From a virus, in the IMG/VR virus record IMGVR_UViG_3300019487_000022, positions 89,241 to 123,806 of that record: a DNA stretch of 34,566 bases. One strand, written 5' to 3'. Under the pieces are notes generated by a model. That model was not told the DNA's origin, did no database searches, and worked only from the letters and a program-made list of their open reading frames with translations. A program made the translations under genes and the position numbers. Positions 26,986 to 33,418 of this stretch are shown here, piece after piece. Positions within the stretch are counted from its first letter, which is position 1; each line of letters starts with the position of its first letter.

Positions 26986-27060
26986 TAGAATCGAACTATC
27001 AACGTTTTACCGTCAGCCGAGTGTTCAAAACTCGTTGGGAACCGTTTCCCGCTACCCTCC
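26975..27060 (-). tRNA. tRNA-Ser(TGA), non-canonical (tRNA-Sec-like D-arm, bulged acceptor)
   Basis: GGAG-GGT(A)/(T)ACC-T-CTCC-G; D-arm GGGAA-ACGG-TTCCC; CGAGT-TTTGAAC-ACTCG; long variable arm. Confidence 0.8.
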
Positions 27061-27091
27061 AAAATATTAACTTTTTACAACTAACTTCAAG

Positions 27092-27179
27092 CGGAGAGCG
27101 AGAGAATCGAACTCTCACCGGGGTTAACCGGACCAATTTAGCAAACTGGCGAGGCGAAGCCAATATCCAACTGCTCTCC
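27092..27179 (-). tRNA. tRNA-Ser(GCT)
   Basis: GGAGAGC/GCTCTCC-G; CCAGT-TTGCTAA-ATTGG; long variable arm. Confidence 0.9.
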
Positions 27180-27183
27180 GTTT

Positions 27184-27453
27184 TTAAATATCAGTACGCA
27201 ACTTCATCTTATCATAATCATGAGACATTCTGATAATCAATGATTCTCGCAAAGCAGGTAAAGTTGCATTTACAACCTTCCAACCTGTTTCTATTCTTCC
27301 TGTTTCAGGATCCTCTAATTTATCCAATATGGCACCTGGAATAGCAATCGATTGACGTATCCAAGACACCATTCTAGCTATACCATTGTCCATAGGTTTT
27401 TCTAATTCGCATTGAACATACATTGTTTCGTTATGTTTATTATGCTTTGCCAT
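27184..27453 (-). CDS. hypothetical protein
   Basis: ORF track. Confidence 0.65.
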   Translation of the reverse strand: MAKHNKHNETMYVQCELEKPMDNGIARMVSWIRQSIAIPGAILDKLEDPETGRIETGWKVVNATLPALRESLIIRMSHDYDKMKLRTDI

Positions 27454-27709
27454 ATAATTCTTTCTGTTCAGCTACTTGCCAAGTTACTTTTGTTTCGCTG
27501 CCTTTCTTATATGTATCCCAATCAATCTTGCCGGTTGCGATGATTACTCCATCAACAATCTTTACGATTCTCCATTCAAAACCAGGTTCAATCCAATTTA
27601 GTTGTACAAGACCTTTTGTTTGTTCTACTTCTGATTCTAACGCTTTCCCTTCATTCTTAAACTCTTCGCCACTATGGTTTCGTACCTGAATCTGAAATAA
27701 ATTACTCAT
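27440..27709 (-). CDS. hypothetical protein
   Basis: Start moved to MSNLFQ, after tRNA-Tyr. Confidence 0.6.
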   Translation of the reverse strand: MSNLFQIQVRNHSGEEFKNEGKALESEVEQTKGLVQLNWIEPGFEWRIVKIVDGVIIATGKIDWDTYKKGSETKVTWQVAEQKELYGKA

Positions 27710-27712
27710 AAG

Positions 27713-27796
27713 TGCGCCGGACAGGATTCGAACCTGTGAACCCATTAGGGATCTGTTTTACAGACAGACTGCTTTAAGCCACTTGCATACCGACGC
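27713..27796 (-). tRNA. tRNA-Tyr(GTA)
   Basis: GCGTCGG/CCGGCGC-A; TCTGT-CTGTAAA-ACAGA; long variable arm. Confidence 0.93.
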
Positions 27797-27800
27797 AAAT

Positions 27801-28001
27801 TTAAACAATTGTCGTTTTTCTCTTTTCTGATTTTGGAAAAAATATTAATTCAAATATATTTATTTCCATTACATCATCTGGTCCAGGTCTTTTACCGTTC
27901 AGTAGTATTGATTTTTGTTCAAGCCACCGTCTCTTTTCAGAATTAGATGCCTTTTCACAAGGTTTTTCAATTGACATAGGACAAAAATGAAAATTGAGCA
28001 A
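27801..28001 (-). CDS. small hypothetical protein, possibly S4-like RNA-binding (start uncertain)
   Basis: SNSEKRRWLEQKSILLNG...LIFFPK resembles an S4-type motif; the frame stays open upstream to 28040. Confidence 0.6.
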   Translation of the reverse strand: MLNFHFCPMSIEKPCEKASNSEKRRWLEQKSILLNGKRPGPDDVMEINIFELIFFPKSEKRKTTIV

Positions 28002-28064
28002 CCATTCTAAAACCGAACCTTTGATAAACCATCCTCCGTTTCATCATTTCTCCATATAAAATAA

Positions 28065-28094
28065 AAAAGCCCAGTTTTTTAGGACTGGGCTTTT
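28065..28094 (-). terminator. intrinsic terminator of the attenuator (3:4 hairpin)
   Basis: AAAAGCCCAGT-8nt-ACTGGGCTTTT followed by TTATTTT. Confidence 0.9.
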
Positions 28095-28122
28095 CAGGAA
28101 ACTGTTATTGTTCGTTTTACCG

Positions 28123-28209
28123 TTACATAACAGAACCAGCCCAGCTATTGCTATACGAAAGCAATAGACTATAATAACATGAGCTGGATAATGATAAGTT
28201 ACGGTTCAT
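28123..28209 (-). CDS. attenuator leader peptide MNRNLSLSSSCYYSLLLSYSNSWAGSVM (not in ORF track)
   Basis: 28 codons; codons 5-20 are all Ser/Leu/Tyr/Cys; overlaps the anti-antiterminator and antiterminator segments. Confidence 0.8.
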   Translation of the reverse strand: MNRNLSLSSSCYYSLLLSYSNSWAGSVM

Positions 28210-28223
28210 TTTAAATCTCTACC

Positions 28224-28457
28224 TTACATATTTTCTAATGGAGTACATCTACCCTCTTTGTACGCCTCAACTATTGCCATCATTTCAGAACAAAACTTGT
28301 CTGCAAATGATGAATCATGTTGTATTTTAGACCAAAATTCTTCTCGTGATTCATCCAAAAAATTGCTTGTTGTGAAATTTATTGCAACAAGACCTTGTTT
28401 TCGTTCTTCTTTTAACCAATCACAAAATTTCTGCTGAATCTCGGTCATTGCATCCAT
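28224..28457 (-). CDS. hypothetical protein
   Basis: ORF track. Confidence 0.6.
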   Translation of the reverse strand: MDAMTEIQQKFCDWLKEERKQGLVAINFTTSNFLDESREEFWSKIQHDSSFADKFCSEMMAIVEAYKEGRCTPLENM

Positions 28458-28558
28458 TATTCTTATGTCATCAGTTCTCTGGAGATTCCTTCAACAAATT
28501 CACAAAATTTATTGAAAATAAAGTTTAAACCTTATTTTATCACATAAAACCGATAAAA

Positions 28559-29539
28559 TCAAGCAACAGCAATAAATTTAGACAAATTTATAATTTCACA
28601 TCTATAAGGGCTACCAGATGCTGCCATTACAGCGTTTATTTCATCCACATGTAAATGAACAGCTAATCCTTTGCCTGGACCCCCGTTTGCAGACCTTAAT
28701 AACGTGACAACAACAGGATCATAATCTATATAAGATAGAACTGGATTGCCTGAATCAAGGTTTACAACGTCTTCATAAAATGGCATTCTTGGACCAAAAG
28801 GTTGAATCATTGTTGTACTTTTATCATAAGGTCCACGTAAAGCTCTAATATTAGATATCAGAGCTTTTTCTTCTTGATCTGTAACTAGAACAGGAAAACC
28901 AGATGCTAGTTTATCAATATATTTTTCGCAATCAGCAGGAAGAATTTTCGCATGTTTAATGGATGTTGGAACATCATTAGCAAAATATCCTATTCTAAAA
29001 TCTGAAAAGCCAACTCGCCAACTGTTAATTTGAGTAGCGTCAATAACTTCGTCATTTTCAGTAATAAATCTAATATCGCATGGAGGCCAGATGGCATAAT
29101 GTTCTGTGTATAATATATGCCTTGGAGAAATTAATACGCCTCCACCGCCAAATCCATATTTGGAGTTATAAGGACTAATACAAGTTTTATTCAACGAAGC
29201 TGCCCAACAGGATTTATTTCTTTTATATATCTTCTTAGCATGATCCTGAACTTCATATATTAATTTATGAGAAGCATTTTTACCGACGATAAGTTTATCA
29301 ATGATATTCGTTGTATTCTGACGTACCGTTTCTTTAGGTATATTTGGCTGGGGTTTGTTATAGTTGCTAGCTAATATGCTTAAGTCTGCAAGATCTACAT
29401 CTCCGTCACCATCAAAATCTCCTTGTTCCCAAGAAGCCCCTGTTTTTTTTCCGTAATTGGAAGAAAGTTTACCTAAATCAGTGAGATCTACGTCTCCATC
29501 ACGATCAGCGTCACCTGGTACTGGTTTATCTTCGGGCAT
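28559..29539 (-). CDS. dockerin-like (EF-hand repeat) domain fused to a trypsin-like serine protease domain
   Basis: GDADRDGDVDLTDL...W-x-x-GDFDGDGDVDLADL; GVLISPRHILYTEH, D, LDSGNP (GDSG variant). Confidence 0.8.
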   Translation of the reverse strand: MPEDKPVPGDADRDGDVDLTDLGKLSSNYGKKTGASWEQGDFDGDGDVDLADLSILASNYNKPQPNIPKETVRQNTTNIIDKLIVGKNASHKLIYEVQDHAKKIYKRNKSCWAASLNKTCISPYNSKYGFGGGGVLISPRHILYTEHYAIWPPCDIRFITENDEVIDATQINSWRVGFSDFRIGYFANDVPTSIKHAKILPADCEKYIDKLASGFPVLVTDQEEKALISNIRALRGPYDKSTTMIQPFGPRMPFYEDVVNLDSGNPVLSYIDYDPVVVTLLRSANGGPGKGLAVHLHVDEINAVMAASGSPYRCEIINLSKFIAVA

Positions 29540-29543
29540 AAAA

Positions 29544-29575
29544 ACACCTCATAGTATTTGCTTACTATGAGGTGT
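29544..29575 (-). terminator. 13-bp hairpin with U-run whose 3' arm contains the RBS of the protease gene
   Basis: ACACCTCATAGTA/TACTATGAGGTGT followed by TTTTATG. Confidence 0.65.
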
Positions 29576-29594
29576 GGTTTAAATCCTTTTATAT

Positions 29595-29790
29595 AATGTT
29601 AGGGCTAAGACTATCCTTAATATAAATCCATTTCTGAATGTATATTAAAGAAAAAGAGTAAAAGATTGTGTCTTACGGATTGCATTTTGCACCTTGTAGA
29701 ACGATGTATCATGTATCTTGAGGCGCAATCGATTTCCGTATAAAACGATTTGTTTTATTTACACCTTCTTGTCATCTTCGCCCTAACATT
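29595..29790 (-). ncRNA. putative ~196-nt structured RNA with internal 7-nt periodic repeats
   Basis: 11-bp terminal stem AATGTTAGGGC/GCCCTAACATT (+4 bp); long GAAA-capped hairpin with G-U pairs; eight imperfect heptamers at 29666-29724. Confidence 0.65.
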
Positions 29791-29796
29791 TGTTCC

Positions 29797-30030
29797 TTAG
29801 AGAAATTTCTTTTTCTTTTTAGGCTTTTTAAGAATAGCCCAACGGCATTCTATTTTTTGACAGACAGGACATGGCTTATATCTTTTTCTGTCTGTTTCTT
29901 GCATTGAAAGGATTTCTTTTATATCTAACTTAAATGACCAATGAAAATAATCACGTTGATGATCTGGTTTACAACGATTATTCCATTCCCAATAACGGTT
30001 CTTTATCTTACGAACTAAATTATTAAACAT
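29797..30030 (-). CDS. basic hypothetical protein
   Basis: ORF track; CPVC. Confidence 0.5.
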   Translation of the reverse strand: MFNNLVRKIKNRYWEWNNRCKPDHQRDYFHWSFKLDIKEILSMQETDRKRYKPCPVCQKIECRWAILKKPKKKKKFL

Positions 30031-30037
30031 TTATTTA

Positions 30038-30520
30038 TTATCCTGCAATCATATCTATAGTAATATCTTTGGTGTAGTTAAACTTATCAATTTGATTTTG
30101 TATCCTATCAATTTCTCGCTGTATATCTAATTTTGTTTGTTCTACTTCTTGTTTTTTAATACAAGCATCAAAGTTACTAGGTTCCGATTCGTATTTATCT
30201 TTTACTTTTCCGTGCTTTGTATCTACAGTACCCCAAAACATCATATCATCTTTTAATTCTGCTAGCTTAAGTATATCTGGACGGATACTTTGGCTTTCGT
30301 CCCACAATACGAGTTTCAATTGGATTAGATGAGTTTTTAATTCTTCTCTACGTTGAACAAGTGTATTTATGTCTACCCCGTCTCTATTGGCAAATGCTTC
30401 ATTCTCGAAAATTTCTACAGAGTTATATTTCGCAATCTCTGAAGAAACTTTTGTTAGTTCCTGTATAACACGTTTTTTGTAGACCAACGCTTGAGCAATC
30501 GAGAGAGTGGTAACAGCCAT
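30038..30520 (-). CDS. coiled-coil protein resembling the DIP1984 family
   Basis: N-terminal SIAQAL-x-x-K-x-R, helical body, C-terminal IQ-x-x-ID-x-FN; AAAGGA RBS. Confidence 0.6.
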   Translation of the reverse strand: MAVTTLSIAQALVYKKRVIQELTKVSSEIAKYNSVEIFENEAFANRDGVDINTLVQRREELKTHLIQLKLVLWDESQSIRPDILKLAELKDDMMFWGTVDTKHGKVKDKYESEPSNFDACIKKQEVEQTKLDIQREIDRIQNQIDKFNYTKDITIDMIAG

Positions 30521-30607
30521 GTTTAAAATCCTTTTGTTGTTCTTAAAATATAAATTTGAAAGTAGCCGCTGGAGATTCTAATATGTATATTTTCACTTTA
30601 AATAAGA

Positions 30608-30638
30608 AAGACTGCCAACAATTATTGTTGGCAGTCTT
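30608..30638 (-). terminator. 14-bp hairpin terminator after the beta-barrel gene
   Basis: AAGACTGCCAACAA/TTGTTGGCAGTCTT, then TCTTATTT. Confidence 0.8.
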
Positions 30639-30667
30639 GGTATCCTAAACTATCTTCTATATCCAAA

Positions 30668-31171
30668 TTAGAAGCGGAAACCTACGCCCAATCCGTACAC
30701 AAATGCCCCATCATCGAAGCCGTCTTCAAGAGGTACTTCATATTGAACAATACCGTAAATATATGTGGTATCGTTAACGAAATACTTAACGCCTGCTTCA
30801 GGTCCACCGATCCATTCATCCTGTACGCAGTCACCATATTGATAACCAACGCTTACACCAACAAATGGTTGCCAACGTTGTAAATCAAAATGATACTGAG
30901 CAAAACCGACAGTAGCACCATTTACTACTGAATCGCTTCCCTCACTATCAGACCAATTTACAGTCTGACGAAGACCGAATTCCACTTCTTTCGTAGTGAA
31001 ATAGCCAATACCAACAGTAGCGCCAAGCGAATTGCTATCAAAATCGTTATCGCTTGCACCGCTACCATTGAGAGTCAAATCCCAGTTACCCTTTTCTGCC
31101 GCTTGCCCGAAAGCAAAAGACGACATCAAGGCGAGACTCAAAACAATAACAGATACGAACTTACGCAACAT
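30668..31171 (-). CDS. small outer-membrane beta-barrel protein
   Basis: Sec signal peptide, alternating amphipathic strands, C-terminal YGLGVGFRF (BAM signal Phe); AAGGAG RBS. Confidence 0.85.
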   Translation of the reverse strand: MLRKFVSVIVLSLALMSSFAFGQAAEKGNWDLTLNGSGASDNDFDSNSLGATVGIGYFTTKEVEFGLRQTVNWSDSEGSDSVVNGATVGFAQYHFDLQRWQPFVGVSVGYQYGDCVQDEWIGGPEAGVKYFVNDTTYIYGIVQYEVPLEDGFDDGAFVYGLGVGFRF

Positions 31172-31319
31172 ATCGTAACTCCTTATAAAGATTTTTCTGT
31201 TCCACCATAGAACAGTTTGGGCAACATGCCCTTTATTACGAACTATGCATCATAACAGATGCTTCTACCACTTTATAGGACTAAAACCTTTTCAGCGGGA
31301 GAGATCGTTTATACGAATT

Positions 31320-32315
31320 TCATTTTACATTGTTACCCACATTTTTGTTTACAGCCTTTGTGAAAAACGAATTATTACTATTTTCCACATAAAATTTTCT
31401 TACAGGAAAAGCATCTTCATCTTTGTGATTTTTGAGCAACGTATTGTATTTTTTGATTAAACCTGGACTTGCTTTTTTGTCTTTTTTGTCTTTTTTATCT
31501 TTTATTTTTCTCATTTTAGCAAAACTTTTTTCTATTTGTGAAAATGAGTATGTTTTTTCTTTCCCCGATTTAATATCTTGAGAAATTTTTGTTATTCTTT
31601 CTGCTTCTTGATTTCTTTTTGCAGGAGACCCATAAAATGTCATTTCAAAAAATATCGCATATAAAATTTCCCACAGTATTAATCCATGTCCATCAAGATT
31701 TTTATGTACAATAAATGGTGGTTTTGCATTCTTTTTAATATCTTTCCACTCTGTAAAAAGAACAGTATCTTTAATACGTAGTGGAAGATCTGCTATGGTG
31801 TTTAACGGAGAAAATCCAATAGAAAAGGTTTCTGTTTGAATTTTTTTAGTCTTTTCGCTGTCGAATGGTTTTCTCCAACCGTACCCACCAAAATCAGTGT
31901 AAACCGAAAATGATTGTTCATCAGAATAATTATGCAACTCAGCTACTTTATAAAATTCCAGACCCACCATTACATTATCTTCTGTGTTGGAAGAAGATAA
32001 TAGTTGTTCTGGTTTTAAGGTGTGTAAAGATGATGTTTTTTCAATTTCTAACGATCCAATCTCTTTGAAGAAATCACCTAGTGGGAAAGAACCCAATGGA
32101 CCAGAAAACAGACATTGTAATAAAAATTTGGTTTTATTAATATATCTAAATAAATCTCGTAGGGTAAAGTCTTTTCCTATTTTAATAGTAAAACCTAAAT
32201 AAGATAATAATGAAGGGATAGTATATTCAGTGTAAATATTCTTCTCTTTATTATCTTTATCGCTTTTAATTTCAACCAAAACGATTTCGTGATTACGACA
32301 ATATAAGTACTTCAT
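31320..32315 (-). CDS. hypothetical phage protein
   Basis: 331-aa ORF with a Lys-rich tail. Confidence 0.75.
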   Translation of the reverse strand: MKYLYCRNHEIVLVEIKSDKDNKEKNIYTEYTIPSLLSYLGFTIKIGKDFTLRDLFRYINKTKFLLQCLFSGPLGSFPLGDFFKEIGSLEIEKTSSLHTLKPEQLLSSSNTEDNVMVGLEFYKVAELHNYSDEQSFSVYTDFGGYGWRKPFDSEKTKKIQTETFSIGFSPLNTIADLPLRIKDTVLFTEWKDIKKNAKPPFIVHKNLDGHGLILWEILYAIFFEMTFYGSPAKRNQEAERITKISQDIKSGKEKTYSFSQIEKSFAKMRKIKDKKDKKDKKASPGLIKKYNTLLKNHKDEDAFPVRKFYVENSNNSFFTKAVNKNVGNNVK

Positions 32316-32341
32316 GGTTTAGTTCTAAAATTAAATTAAGA

Positions 32342-32494
32342 TTACGTAGAATGGGAACGTTTAAACATTCCTTTAGATTTGTCTGAGGTTTTAGAAGACG
32401 GTTTATCACCAGTCTTACTAAGGCTTTTTCCAGATGGTTTAAATATCTTTCCGGTTTTCTTATCAGTTGGATTATATCCGTCTTTTTTTAACAT
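32342..32494 (-). CDS. 50-aa Lys/Ser-rich small protein (not in ORF track)
   Basis: MLKKDGYNPTDKKTGK... with AGGA RBS, just after tRNA-Thr. Confidence 0.45.
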   Translation of the reverse strand: MLKKDGYNPTDKKTGKIFKPSGKSLSKTGDKPSSKTSDKSKGMFKRSHST

Positions 32495-32516
32495 TTTATT
32501 TTCCTATAAATTATCA

Positions 32517-32589
32517 AGCCTACGGTGGGAATTGAACCCACGATCTCCATATTACGAGTATGGCGCTTTGCCAGCTAAGCTACGAAGGC
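32517..32589 (-). tRNA. tRNA-Thr(CGT)
   Basis: GCCTTCG/CGTAGGC-T; CCATA-CTCGTAA-TATGG. Confidence 0.93.
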
Positions 32590-32593
32590 GAAT

Positions 32594-32890
32594 TTAATAA
32601 TGAACGCCTAATGGTCTTTTAGTATTCGTCTCACTAGCCACAATTAAAAACCATGACTGTCTGAATTTACTCCATCTCACCATCCGCCAGCCATTAGTAT
32701 AAGAGCCAACAGTAATATCGAGCCAGGGAATCTGCAAAAACGATAAATAACGATCTACCCAATTTTGCATCTTCCTCATTTGTGCTTCAAATGCTTCTTT
32801 TATCAAAGGAGTAAAAGAAGCAAGAATTAAAGCATCGTTTAATTCATCCACTGTTTTATCGACCCTATTAAGAAGATAATCGTTATTCAT
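32594..32890 (-). CDS. hypothetical protein
   Basis: ORF track. Confidence 0.55.
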   Translation of the reverse strand: MNNDYLLNRVDKTVDELNDALILASFTPLIKEAFEAQMRKMQNWVDRYLSFLQIPWLDITVGSYTNGWRMVRWSKFRQSWFLIVASETNTKRPLGVHY

Positions 32891-33101
32891 AACATTTTAT
32901 ACCAGATAATATAATACGCAATCTTTTATGCCATTTATAAATTAAACCTCTATAATTAACACTTTGTGCTAATTCAAGTCTATCGCAGATTGTTTGTTTG
33001 GTTTTTTCTAATCTTCGTATCTCTTCTAAATTGCGCTTTCTTACTATTGGTCTTGCACCCCATAATCCAGGACGTATGAGGATCCATTTATAACGACGCA
33101 T
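32883..33101 (-). CDS. basic hypothetical protein
   Basis: ORF track; starts immediately after tRNA-Thr(GGT). Confidence 0.5.
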   Translation of the reverse strand: MRRYKWILIRPGLWGARPIVRKRNLEEIRRLEKTKQTICDRLELAQSVNYRGLIYKWHKRLRIILSGIKCYE

Positions 33102-33102
33102 A

Positions 33103-33176
33103 AGCTAGTGGCGAGAATCGAACTCGCGACCTCTTCCGTACCAAGGAAGCGTTCTACCAGACTGAACTACACCAGC
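33103..33176 (-). tRNA. tRNA-Thr(GGT)
   Basis: GCTGGTG/CACTAGC-T; CTTCC-TTGGTAC-GGAAG. Confidence 0.94.
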
Positions 33177-33185
33177 ATAATTAAT

Positions 33186-33302
33186 AGAAGAAGGAATTTC
33201 ACCCTCGACAATTAAGATACCTTAGAATTTCCTAATTGCTGGCGGCTACATCCTCTAAGGTTAGTCTCGCCGCCCTCTTAAGCCAGAACTACTCCACTTC
33301 TT
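33186..33302 (-). ncRNA. putative structured RNA with two kissing hairpins and a T-loop-like arm
   Basis: GGCGGC/GCCGCC and GCAATTAGGA/TCTTAATTGT hairpins whose loops ACCTTAGA/TCTAAGGT are complementary; AGGG-TGAAATT-CCTT; AGAAG/CTTCT closing stem. Confidence 0.6.
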
Positions 33303-33418
33303 ATTATTTCTGGAGAAACCTTCTTTTTGCACTTATATTAGCCGATTAAACAAAAGGAATACCTATTAAATAATCACAATTAAATTATAAGAAAATATTT
33401 CACACTCAATAAACTTTT

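Noticed and set aside
29666-29724. CRISPR-like or perfect tandem repeat
   Set aside because: Units are 7 nt, degenerate and have no spacers; treated as part of an ncRNA instead.
33186-33210. FMN riboswitch because of GGGTGAAATTCC
   Set aside because: Only one T-loop-like arm is present; the other RFN conserved blocks are missing.
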